This document shows positions 1 to 8,166 of a DNA stretch of 44,927 nucleotides, one piece after another. The notes below the pieces were generated by a model. That model had not been told where the DNA came from and did no database searches. It saw only the letters and a program-made list of their open reading frames with translations. Made by a program: the position numbers and the translations under genes. Each line of letters starts with the position of its first letter. Within the stretch, counting starts at the first letter, position 1. Origin of the DNA: Candidatus Jorgensenbacteria bacterium RIFCSPHIGHO2_02_FULL_45_20 (GTDB lineage: Bacteria; Patescibacteriota; Minisyncoccia; UBA6257; GWB1-50-10); assembly GCA_001779535.1 (NCBI GenBank), contig MFKJ01000023.1, positions 1 to 44,927 on the forward strand, written 5' to 3'.

Positions 1-95
1 CTAAGAAACCCGGCGCGGATTCCAAACACATAGGCCGCAACGACCCCTGCTGGTGCAATAGCGGTAAGAAATATAAAAAGTGTCATGGGAAGTAG
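1..95 (+). CDS. 3' end of a SEC-C motif protein (5' end lies outside the window)
   Basis: Frame 3 is open from the window edge and reads [30 protein letters not shown]-stop (TAG 93-95). CxCxSGxKxKKCH matches the SEC-C metal-binding tail known from SecA C-termini and YecA-like proteins. Confidence 0.6.
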   Translation, partial: KKPGADSKHIGRNDPCWCNSGKKYKKCHGK

Positions 96-531
96 GAATA
101 TGCAACACATCGCGATAATGAAAAAATCATGGGGATTGACGGATAAAATTTTGAGCGGCGAGAAGAAAATCGAATCGCGCTGGTATTCTGTAAAATATAG
201 ACCATGGGATAGAATTAAAGAAGGAGAAACGGTTTATTTTAAAGATTCTGGCGAACCAGTAAAATTAAAAGCGGAAGTTAACAAAGTAATGCAATTTACT
301 GATTTGACTCCGAAACGAGTAAAGGAAATATTGGATGAATACGGTAATGATGACGGGTTAGAAAAAGATAAAATCCCTGAATTTTTTGAGCGGTTCAAAG
401 ATAAGAAATATTGCATGCTTATATTTCTAAGAAATCCCCAAGAGATTAAATCGTTCGAAATTGATAAGACAGGATTTGGTGCAATGTCGGCATGGATAAC
501 GGTTGATAATATCTCAAAGATTAAGAAATAA
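85..531 (+). CDS. ASCH (ASC-1 homology, PUA-like) domain protein; true start may be the second ATG at 100
   Basis: 148-aa ORF. The size and the pattern [13 protein letters not shown]...GETVYF...CMLIF are typical of ASCH-domain proteins. The first ATG lies inside the SEC-C tail of the upstream gene. Confidence 0.55.
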   Translation: MGSRNMQHIAIMKKSWGLTDKILSGEKKIESRWYSVKYRPWDRIKEGETVYFKDSGEPVKLKAEVNKVMQFTDLTPKRVKEILDEYGNDDGLEKDKIPEFFERFKDKKYCMLIFLRNPQEIKSFEIDKTGFGAMSAWITVDNISKIKK

Positions 532-566
532 TTCCTGCGGAGTAAGAAATAAAACCAAGAAATGTT

Positions 567-1139
567 ATGGGAAGTAGGACTATGAAATATAAGCATATAT
601 CACAAAAACCATATTGTTGCGTTCCAGCATGCGTTCAGATGATTTTACAGCGAAGAAAATTGCCAACATTGAAACAAACAGACATCGCTTATGATTTAGG
701 AATAGTTTTACCGCTCAAGGATAGGCATTTACTGCCGAAATCCCATAAAGGGCGCAAACCAAGAGCGGGATGGGGGACACGCATAAATCTCAAGAAATAT
801 TCTTTTACTGAATTTTTTAAACGGCGAGAATATCCCTTGCGAGAAACATTTTGGTCGGCAAAGCAATTTTCTTCAGTGAAGAAGTTTAAGAAATTTTTGA
901 TAGATAATATAGAAAAAGAAAACGATCTACTGGTTTGTTTTAATTATCCGATGCTATACCGAATAAAAGGATCATGGGGACACGCATCGCTTATTGAAGA
1001 AGTCAAAGGGGATAATGTGATATTGCGTGATCCTAATCCAAAGCACAGAAAAGCAAGAAGGGTTTTACTGAATGATTTGCTTAATGCATTAAAAAATCAC
1101 CATCACGGAGGGGTTTGGCTAATAGAATCCTTGCGGTAG
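567..1139 (+). CDS. Papain-like cysteine peptidase, C39-like family (tentative)
   Basis: 190-aa ORF. N-terminal KPYCCVPACVQMIL resembles the catalytic-Cys motif of C39/BtrH-like peptidases, and a candidate His lies in GSWGHASLIEE. Confidence 0.4.
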   Translation: MGSRTMKYKHISQKPYCCVPACVQMILQRRKLPTLKQTDIAYDLGIVLPLKDRHLLPKSHKGRKPRAGWGTRINLKKYSFTEFFKRREYPLRETFWSAKQFSSVKKFKKFLIDNIEKENDLLVCFNYPMLYRIKGSWGHASLIEEVKGDNVILRDPNPKHRKARRVLLNDLLNALKNHHHGGVWLIESLR

Positions 1140-1162
1140 GTTATTGAAGATCAAAAAGTGCC

Positions 1163-1750
1163 ATGGCAGATAATATGACTAAAACAGAGCAATTATTGAA
1201 AATATTAGAAAAGAACAAAAGCGTTCAGTTAATCTTGGAACGAGCCAGTGAATTAAAGATGCTAAATTGGTATCTCGGTGCTGGTGGAATAGTTCAGACG
1301 GTATGGAATGTAAAACATGGTTTTAATCCAGAAAACGGCATAAAAGATTACGATTTGGTTTACTACGACGCTGGTGATACTTCCTATGAGGCCGAAAACA
1401 TCTTTATCCAGAAAGGCAAAGAGATATTCAATGACGTTCCTGTTTTAGTGGAAATCAGAAATCAAGCAAGGGTACATCTCTGGTATGAAAAACACTTCGG
1501 AAAACCGATAGGCCAGTATGAATCCGTAGAGGCAGCCATTAGCACATGGCCGACTACAGCAACATCTATCGGAGTGAAAAAAGAAAACGGGCAATTTCAA
1601 GTGTATGCACCATTCGGCTTAGATGATTTACTTGATATGATTGTAAGGGCAAACAAGACACAGATTACCGAAAAGACCTATCAAGATAAAGTTGATAGAT
1701 GGATAAAAATCTGGCCAGACTTAAAAGTAGTCCCGTGGGATAGGGAATAA
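1163..1750 (+). CDS. Nucleotidyltransferase family protein (NTP_transf_6 / DUF925-like)
   Basis: 195-aa ORF with WYLGAGGIVQTVWN, GIKDYDLVYYD, VEIRNQARVHLWYE and WPTTATSIGV, the conserved blocks of this family. Confidence 0.65.
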   Translation: MADNMTKTEQLLKILEKNKSVQLILERASELKMLNWYLGAGGIVQTVWNVKHGFNPENGIKDYDLVYYDAGDTSYEAENIFIQKGKEIFNDVPVLVEIRNQARVHLWYEKHFGKPIGQYESVEAAISTWPTTATSIGVKKENGQFQVYAPFGLDDLLDMIVRANKTQITEKTYQDKVDRWIKIWPDLKVVPWDRE

Positions 1751-1764
1751 AACCAAGAAGTGTT

Positions 1765-2016
1765 ATGGGGAATAATCAAATGCAAATCAGCAAAGAAATA
1801 AAGCCGGGAAAATACAGACATTACAAAGGCGACATTGTCGAGGTAATCGGCATGGGCGTGCACAGCGAAACGCTGGAAGAATTTGTCGTTTACAAACACA
1901 TCTCCGGTAAGCGGGTAGGCAAAGGGTATTTTTGGGTGAGACCGGCTAATATATTTATCGAAAACGTTGAGATTGAAGGCAAAACACTGCCGAGATTCAG
2001 GCGTATAGAAGAATAA
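1765..2016 (+). CDS. DUF1653 domain protein
   Basis: 83-aa ORF with YRHYKG...HSETLEEFVVY...WVRP, the hallmark pattern of DUF1653. Confidence 0.7.
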   Translation: MGNNQMQISKEIKPGKYRHYKGDIVEVIGMGVHSETLEEFVVYKHISGKRVGKGYFWVRPANIFIENVEIEGKTLPRFRRIEE

Positions 2017-2040
2017 GATGAATGGTGGTAATATGAGAGT

Positions 2041-3045
2041 ATGTTCGACGTTGTCGCCGTAGGTAAAGTTAATCGAGATGCATTCATAAGAAGTGGAGAA
2101 TTTAAGTTATTAAAAGACAAAAAGGCGCTGAAGGAACTTGAAATCGAAACCGAACAAGCGGAGTGCTTTCCTTTGGGGATAAAAACAAGCATAGAAAAAC
2201 CGATTTTCGCGGGCGGGGGAGGCGCGCATAATGCCGCCGTAACTTTTGCGCGCCACGGATTGAAAACAGGAGTTGTAGGATCTATTGGCGACGACTTAGC
2301 CGGCAAAGATATAACGCGTTTCTTGCGCGATGAAGGGGTGAAAACCTTTTTCAAAACAGACAAAAAAGAAGGTACAGGATATTCGGTAGTTATTTCTTCT
2401 CCGGACGGGGAGAGAACTATTTTTGTGTATCCCGGCGCTTCGGACAAATTAAAAGACGCGGACATACGGTTTCCGCAAGCGCGCGCGAGGTGGTTTTATA
2501 TTTCGCCAGGGGCTATTCCGGTCGGAGAGATGGAAAAATTCGTATCGCGGGCCAAGAAAAGCGGAGCGAAGGTGGCAATGAATCCTTCGGGTTTTTATAT
2601 CGAAAAAGGAAAAAATGAAATGAAGCGCATTTTTCCGATGCTCGACGTAATTATCGTAAATAGGGAAGAGGCGGCGCTTATAACGGGTGTTCCATACTCC
2701 GCCGAGAAAAAGATATTCAAGGAATTTGACCGGATAACCACAGGCATAGCCGTTATAACCGACGGAAAGAATGGCGCATCCGTTTCAGACAGGTCGTACC
2801 GCTACCACATAGAAAGTTTCCCCGAAAAAGAAATTGCCGACCGTACGGGGGCTGGAGACGCTTTCGGTTCCGGGTTTGTAGCGACGCTTATGCATGCAAA
2901 CGATACCGTGTACGCCCTGCGTTTTGCCGCGGCAAACGCGACATCAGTTATAGAATCAGTCGGAGCGGTTTCAGGGATTTTAGCCAAAAAAGATTTTGAA
3001 AACCCGAGATGGAAGGAAGCTGATTGCGACATAGAGCCACTTTAG
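2041..3045 (+). CDS. PfkB-family carbohydrate kinase (ribokinase-like)
   Basis: 334-aa ORF with the N-terminal GGGGAHNAAV glycine motif and the C-terminal DRTGAGDAFGSGF anion-hole/ATP motif of PfkB kinases. Confidence 0.85.
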   Translation: MFDVVAVGKVNRDAFIRSGEFKLLKDKKALKELEIETEQAECFPLGIKTSIEKPIFAGGGGAHNAAVTFARHGLKTGVVGSIGDDLAGKDITRFLRDEGVKTFFKTDKKEGTGYSVVISSPDGERTIFVYPGASDKLKDADIRFPQARARWFYISPGAIPVGEMEKFVSRAKKSGAKVAMNPSGFYIEKGKNEMKRIFPMLDVIIVNREEAALITGVPYSAEKKIFKEFDRITTGIAVITDGKNGASVSDRSYRYHIESFPEKEIADRTGAGDAFGSGFVATLMHANDTVYALRFAAANATSVIESVGAVSGILAKKDFENPRWKEADCDIEPL

Positions 3046-3053
3046 AGCCAGTT

Positions 3054-4313
3054 ATGAAGACCGCTTGCGAATATTTGTCCGAAATATTAGACGCCGAACC
3101 GCGGACGTTTTTGTCGCTTGATAAGCGCATGAGAGAAGCGTGCCCGAATGGAGCGCAGGCGCTTGAAAATGTCGCGGAAATGAACAGGAAGAGAGCTGAA
3201 AGCGCTTTGCACAAAATAAATTCCGGTGAAATGGAACTAACTCATGTCCGCGCGGCTCTAAGAAACGCGATACTCCTCCACGAAAAACAATTTATTTCGA
3301 TTCTTTCCAAAACCGCCGGTAACTCGGATTTTGAACGTGCCGCTAATCTCGCCCGCAGGATTTCAAGCGCGAAAAGCGGTTTCTTTCTTAAAATAAATAA
3401 AGCAGAAGAAATTCTGCGTGCCAACCCGCCCACCGCCTTGCTTGATTTTTTGGGATACGCGAGCGTGGACAAACTTATGGCAAATGAAGACATCGCCGAA
3501 ATTTTAAGCGCGCTTCGTTTTATAGAGCCGCAGGAATGGATGCTCAAAACATTTGATACCGCCTATAGCTCAATTTCTCCGGACTATTTTGAAGAGCGGG
3601 ATATAGAATTGAAAGTTTTAAGTGAAAAATGGACTGACGTAGGGAGGAAATTCACGGAGAAAAAACATCATAATGTGAGCCATCTTAAAGAATTCGGTAT
3701 AATTTTTCTAAATCCGGTAAAAATGAACGTGCCGGGAAAGTTTATTCGCGATTTTGCTTTAATCTTACATTATTTCCACGAGATAGAATTTTATTCGAAA
3801 CTTTTCAAGAAATACGCGGGGCAAATCGATTTCGCGGGGAAATTGAAGTCGCTCCTGCGCGGGGATGTATCGGAATCGGAAAACACAGCACCCGGTGAGT
3901 GGCTTATAGTACAGCGTTACCTCTGGAAGGAAAACCCGAAAGACCATCGGCTTCATTTACCGAGGGTAAATCCGGAGGCGCTTCACTGGACGCGCGGCGA
4001 ACGTGATTTTGCCTCATTCGCGCTCGAATTTGATGACTTTGACGCGGAACTGTGGCACGACCTTGATTGGGTAGGTGAAGTATTCAAAGATGCCGATGGG
4101 ACGAAAAAAATTGTGAGTTTTGGTTTGGAGGATAATGTTATGTCTTTTGTCTCGTTTATGGAGGGGAGAAACGAGTTCTTTAATTATCACCAAAGAGAAG
4201 CGATGTGGACGAAGATTTTTTCCGAATACGTGGGCGGCGAACAGGAAATGGAAAGGATGCTTTTAGACAACTTTGGAGAAGGGAAAGTGTGTTTCTTAAA
4301 AACATCAGATTGA
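3054..4313 (+). CDS. Hypothetical protein (ORF opens at 3024; ATG at 3054 avoids overlap with the kinase)
   Basis: A long uninterrupted ORF of about 420 aa on the same strand as its neighbours. No motif recognised. The TGA stop lies inside the 16S promoter -35 hexamer. Confidence 0.6.
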   Translation: MKTACEYLSEILDAEPRTFLSLDKRMREACPNGAQALENVAEMNRKRAESALHKINSGEMELTHVRAALRNAILLHEKQFISILSKTAGNSDFERAANLARRISSAKSGFFLKINKAEEILRANPPTALLDFLGYASVDKLMANEDIAEILSALRFIEPQEWMLKTFDTAYSSISPDYFEERDIELKVLSEKWTDVGRKFTEKKHHNVSHLKEFGIIFLNPVKMNVPGKFIRDFALILHYFHEIEFYSKLFKKYAGQIDFAGKLKSLLRGDVSESENTAPGEWLIVQRYLWKENPKDHRLHLPRVNPEALHWTRGERDFASFALEFDDFDAELWHDLDWVGEVFKDADGTKKIVSFGLEDNVMSFVSFMEGRNEFFNYHQREAMWTKIFSEYVGGEQEMERMLLDNFGEGKVCFLKTSD

Positions 4314-4339
4314 CAAAACCGCCGCCTTTCCAATATACT
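4310..4339 (+). promoter_or_regulatory. Sigma70-like promoter for the 16S rRNA gene
   Basis: TTGACA at 4310-4315 and TATACT at 4334-4339 (18-nt spacer), about 80 nt upstream of the 16S 5' end. Confidence 0.55.
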
Positions 4340-4486
4340 TTATTGGCGAAAAGAAGCGACTGGTCTTTTCCAATTAAATAGACAACAAAGAAATTTTTTA
4401 GTTGTCCCAATTTATTTTTTTTGAGGATTTGATCCTGGTCCAGGATGAACGTTGGCGGCGTGGATAAGGCATGCAAGTCGAACGGG

Positions 4487-4552
4487 CCAGTGCGTAGCAC
4501 TGGAATGACGATCCGCCGGTTGGCGGATGGAAATTCCACTGCTATGCAGTGG
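4487..4552 (+). repeat. Family-A three-hairpin module, short form, in the 16S helix-6/V1 position
   Basis: ccagtgcgtagcactgg-aatgac-gatccgccggttggcggat-ggaaattcc-actgctatgcagtgg. It matches 20781-20846 in the 23S at 64 of 66 nt. Confidence 0.85.
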
Positions 4553-4643
4553 CTAGTGGCAAACGAGCTAGTAACACCTTGGTACCTACCTCCGAGATGG
4601 GAATAATCTTGCGAAAGCAGGACTAATACCCAATGGCGCCATA

Positions 4644-4790
4644 CGCATCTCACTAAGGTGAGATGCGAATTCGAAATTTAAAATTTGAAATTCGAAATGA
4701 ATGAATCAATTATAAAATTGAATAATTAAAAATTCATTAAAAATTTCAAACTAAAAATTAAAAATTCGCACAGAACTTTAGTGAGGTGCG
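4644..4790 (+). repeat. Family-B insertion in 16S (V2 region), conserved termini and AT-rich core
   Basis: Starts CGCATCTCACTAAGGTGAGATGCGAAT and ends AAAATTCGCACAGAACTTTAGTGAGGTGCG. The same termini bound 20097-20199 in the 23S, and they interrupt an otherwise alignable 16S sequence. Confidence 0.8.
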
Positions 4791-5048
4791 GGTGGCTAAA
4801 GGTTCGCAAGAACCGCTCGGTGATGGGCCTAGGTCCGATCAGCTAGTTGGTAGGGTAACGGCCTACCAAGGCTACGACCGGTAGGGGAGGTGAGAGCCTG
4901 TTCCCCAGCGAGGAAACTGAGACACGGTTCCTACTCCTACGGGAGGCAGCAGTCGAGAATATTCCACAATGGGCGAAAGCCTGATGGAGCGACGCCGCGT
5001 GCAGGATGAAGCTTTTCGGAGTGTAAACTGCTTTTCTAAGGGAAGAAG

Positions 5049-5178
5049 CCGGTGCTTCGCACTGGAATGACGAATTTAGAATTTCGATTGAATTTCAGAA
5101 TGTTTTAAAAATTAACTCATTCAAGAATTCATTTAAAATTCAAAATTAAAAATTGGAAATTCCAATGCGGAGCATTGG
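5049..5178 (+). repeat. Family-A module, long form (AT-rich filler replaces hairpin 2), in the 16S helix-17/V3 position
   Basis: H1 is ccggtgcttcgcactgg, followed by aatgac, about 90 nt of AT-rich filler starting gaatttagaatttcga, then ggaaattcc and H3 ccaatgcggagcattgg. Confidence 0.8.
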
Positions 5179-5205
5179 TTGACGGTACTTTAGGAATAAG
5201 TCACT

Positions 5206-5245
<40 letters not shown>

Positions 5246-5489
5246 AAACGTTATCCGGATTTATTGGGCGTAAAGGGCGCGTAGGGGGCGCAGGCAAGTC
5301 CGTAGTTAAATCTCGGGGCTCAACTCCGAAACCGCTACGGAAACTACCGCGCTAGAGGACGTTAGAGGTAGATGGAACGCACGGTGTAGGGGTGAAATCC
5401 GTTGATATCGTGCGGAACACCAAAGGCGAAGGCATTCTACTGGGACGTTCCTGACCCTGAGGCGCGAAAGCGTGGGGAGCAAAAAGGAT

Positions 5490-6115
5490 TAAGTGTTTTT
5501 GTTTTATATTCACAAATAATTCTTCGTTTGTTATAAACCGGAATAATTTTTATTTTTCGTTTTCACGAAAAATATTGAACTCAACCCCTCGACGAGCTCG
5601 GGGGATTCAAACAGCAATATTTTTCTAACTTCAAATAAAAATTATTACGCGATTTATGAAACAAATTCAGAAAATATTTGTTCAATAAAACAAAAACCCA
5701 CCTGAGGGTAGGTGGAAAATAGTCCCTCCGCCGATTGGCGGAGATAACTCAGCTATATGCTGGAACACCCGAGTATCCAACGATACCGAAAGGTAAAAAT
5801 GCGTTGGTGCGGGCAATCAGCAGGGAAGTCGTAATTGACCCCTCAGAGACTATACGCAGAGCCCGTTGCGGAGCAACGGAATTACGAATTTAGAATTTCG
5901 AATTTTGGTTGAGCATCCAATTAAAAATTTGAAATTAAAAATTAGGAATTCCGCGCTTTGCGCGGTGAAGATATAGTCCGACCTCCGTGGCGACACGGAG
6001 AGATGAACAGAAATGATTCATCCCGCGACAATGTTTGTAATTTTGATTTTGAATTTGTTTTAAAATTTGAAATTAAAAATTAAAAATTGCACTTTGTCGC
6101 GAAGCAACAAACGTG
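5490..6115 (+). ncRNA. Group I intron in 16S at E. coli position 788, with no ORF
   Basis: It splits the universal GGAT|TAGATACCC. The 5' exon ends in U and the insert ends in G. The core strings TCAGAGACTATACGC and GAAGATATAGTCCGACCTCCGTGGCGACACGGAGAGATGAAC closely parallel the Tetrahymena LSU intron strings ACAGACUAAAUGUC and AAGAUAUAGUCGGACCUCUCC...GGAUGAAG (P7/P9 region). Confidence 0.8.
5863..5965 (+). repeat. Family-A module, long form, nested in the group I intron at the predicted P8 position
   Basis: H1 ccgttgcggagcaacgg is identical to the H1 at 21610-21626. It is followed by aattac, filler starting gaatttagaatttcga, ggaattcc, and H3 ccgcgctttgcgcgg. Confidence 0.75.
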
Positions 6116-6475
6116 TAGATACCCTTGTAGTCCACGCCCTAAACGATGTTCACTAGCTGTTTCGAGTATCGACCCTCGGGGTGGCGTAGCTAACGCGTTA
6201 AGTGAACCGCCTGGGAAGTACGAGCGCAAGCTTAAAACTCAAAGGAATAGACGGGGACTCGCACAAGCGGTGTGGTATGTGGTTTAATTCGATGGTAAAC
6301 GAGAAACCTCACCAGGGCTTGAAATCCCGACGAAGACAGTCCGAAAGGATTGTTGTCCGCAAGGACGGCGGGACAGGTGCTGCATGGTTGCCGTCAGCTC
6401 GTGCCGTGAGGCGTTCCCTTAAGTGGGGTAACGAGCGCAACCCCTATCCGGTGTTACAAGTGTCACCGGAAACCG

Positions 6476-6524
6476 CCCCCTCTTTTGCATCCGACGTTTT
6501 GTATGTCGGAATCAAAAGAGGGGG
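6476..6524 (+). other. Extended hairpin replacing the short 16S hairpin upstream of GGAGGAAGG
   Basis: CCCCCTCTTTTG...CAAAAGAGGGGG (12-bp stem) encloses an inner CCGAC/GTCGG hairpin. E. coli has only about 14 nt here (CCAGTGATAAACTGG). Confidence 0.7.
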
Positions 6525-6885
6525 AGGAAGGCGGGGATGACGTCAAATCAGCATGGCCCTTTGATGCCCTGGGCTACACACATGCTACAATGGCGGATAC
6601 AATGGGAAGCCAAGCCGTAAGGCGGAGCTAATCCCATCAAAGTCCGCCCCAGTTCGGATTGAGGGCTGCAACTCGCCCTCATGAAGCCGGAATCGCTAGT
6701 AATCGCGGATCAGAACGCCGCGGTGAATACGTTCTCGAGTCCTGTACTCACCGCCCGTCAAACCAAGGGAGCCGGGAGTGGGTGAAGCCCCCTCTTTAGA
6801 GGGTGTTAGCTCAAGTTCGGTGACACGGGTTAAGTCGTAACAAGGCACGGGTAGCGGAAGCTGTTCGTGGATCAATTAATTTTGT

Positions 6886-6920
6886 CGATTGCAAATCGCT
6901 GGAAGCAATTCGCTTTTTTT
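6886..6920 (+). terminator. Possible intrinsic terminator after the 16S
   Basis: Imperfect stem CGATTGC...GCAATTCG followed by CTTTTTTT. Confidence 0.35.
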
Positions 6921-7069
6921 CCGCCTTTATAAGTTAAGGCAAGAATGGCGGATAGCTTCAAGCGAGCTGCATTTGTCGCGCTGAAAAACAAGCGCAAAAA
7001 ACAGAGATGCCGTACTCTTAAAAAACGGCGCATAATTGGGGCAACTAAAAAGTTTCTTTAAAGAATATT

Positions 7070-7444
7070 ATGAAAATTCTACTCGTGGAAGACGAACCGC
7101 TTCTCGGTAACCTGCTTCGCGAGCGGCTCGCGCGGGAGGGTTTTGACGTAACACACGCGAAAAACGGCGAAGAAGGATTCGAATTATTGAAAAAATCCGT
7201 ACCGGATTTGGTGCTTCTTGACATTATTCTGCCGAAAATGTCCGGTTTTGAGTTTATGGAAAAAGTCAGAACTGATTCGGAACTCCAATCCGCTCCGCCT
7301 ATAGTGATTATCTCTAACTTAGGGCAGGACGGAGATATAGAGCGTGGGCAAGAATTGGGGGCTGTGGGGTATTTCATAAAAGCCAAGATTTCGATGGAGG
7401 ACTTGGTTTCAAAAATAAAGGAATATATGTTCCCCGCTACATAA
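7070..7444 (+). CDS. Stand-alone response-regulator receiver (CheY-like)
   Basis: 124 aa: MKILLVEDEP..., DLVLLDIILPKMSGFE, and the conserved K in YFIKA. Confidence 0.9.
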   Translation: MKILLVEDEPLLGNLLRERLAREGFDVTHAKNGEEGFELLKKSVPDLVLLDIILPKMSGFEFMEKVRTDSELQSAPPIVIISNLGQDGDIERGQELGAVGYFIKAKISMEDLVSKIKEYMFPAT

Positions 7445-7447
7445 AAG

Positions 7448-7456
7448 TTATCCACA
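7448..7456 (+). promoter_or_regulatory. Exact TTATCCACA (DnaA-box consensus) within the palindrome ATCCACAGTGGAT, upstream of pilin 1
   Basis: Read directly from the sequence. TATAAT follows at about 7485. Confidence 0.5.
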
Positions 7457-7527
7457 GTGGATTCTACACAGATATATATATATTGTATAATTGAACTAAT
7501 AAATAAAAGTCAAAACATTTAAATAAT

Positions 7528-8091
7528 ATGCACTCACAGGCAAAAAAAGGTTTTACCCTTATCGAGCTTTTGGTCGTTATCGCCATTCTCGCGGTTTTGG
7601 CAACCGCCATAGTCGTTATTTTGAATCCGTCCCAACTGTTAAAACAGAGTAGGGATTCAACGAGATTGTCCGATTTAGCGGCCTTAAACAGCGCTATAGC
7701 TTTATATCTTGCCGATTACGCAAGCGCGGCTTTTACTTCATCCACAAAATGCACGGGGAACATTAATCCGTCAGGTATCGCATGCGCTGGCAATGTTTCA
7801 ACATCAACGGTTGTTACCGGTACGGGATGGGTTACTATTGATTTTACTGACATCTCTTCCGGTTCTCCTTTAGCGCGTCTGCCGCTCGACCCGGTTAATA
7901 ACGATACATACGCGTACGCTTTTAAGAGCACCGCGTCTCCAACAAACACTTTTGAAATAGACGCGAGGATGGAAAGCTCAAAATATTCTTCGACGACACC
8001 GGCTTCAAGTATGACTGTAAATACCAAAGACGGCGGCAACGACGATGACTTTTACGAGATAGGAAACGATCCTGGGTTGGACTTGGAGTAA
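7528..8091 (+). CDS. Type IV pilin-like protein (prepilin N-terminal cleavage/methylation domain)
   Basis: MHSQAKKG|FTLIELLVVIAILAVLA is the class III signal peptide followed by the hydrophobic helix. Confidence 0.9.
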   Translation: MHSQAKKGFTLIELLVVIAILAVLATAIVVILNPSQLLKQSRDSTRLSDLAALNSAIALYLADYASAAFTSSTKCTGNINPSGIACAGNVSTSTVVTGTGWVTIDFTDISSGSPLARLPLDPVNNDTYAYAFKSTASPTNTFEIDARMESSKYSSTTPASSMTVNTKDGGNDDDFYEIGNDPGLDLE

Positions 8092-8124
8092 TATTTTCGG
8101 TATGTAAATAACAAAAAAGCGTTG

Positions 8125-8133
8125 TTATCCACA
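8125..8133 (+). promoter_or_regulatory. Exact TTATCCACA upstream of pilin 2; it sits in the loop of an AAAAAAGCG/CGCTTTTTT hairpin
   Basis: Read directly. TATAAT at 8155-8160 lies 6 nt upstream of the ATG at 8167. Confidence 0.5.
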
Positions 8134-8166
8134 GCGCTTTTTTGTTATTTCTGCTATAATAAGAGA

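Noticed and set aside
1890-2465. Long antisense ORFs inside well-supported genes (for example 1890-2465, 15524-16051, 24430-24933, 25487-25954, 39869-40465)
   Set aside because: Each lies opposite a CDS with clear family motifs (PfkB, aldolase, NrdJ, CopA). Their translations are Ser/Arg/Pro-rich shadow frames.
5490-6115. A homing endonuclease (LAGLIDADG/GIY-YIG) gene inside the 16S intron
   Set aside because: No ORF of useful length exists inside the intron in any frame. The only track ORF (6087-) starts in its last 30 nt and runs into the exon.
6087-6540. ORFs 6087-6287 and 6202-6540 on the plus strand
   Set aside because: They lie entirely within the 3' part of the group I intron and the conserved 16S sequence (GTAGTCCACGCC, GCATGGTTGCCGTCAGCTCGTG). 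They are artefacts of translating rRNA.
6883-7069. tRNA genes downstream of the 16S or upstream of the 23S (also 19745-19937)
   Set aside because: No cloverleaf-compatible sequence and no GTTCGA-type T-loop with a matching acceptor stem could be found by eye. This should be confirmed with tRNAscan-SE.
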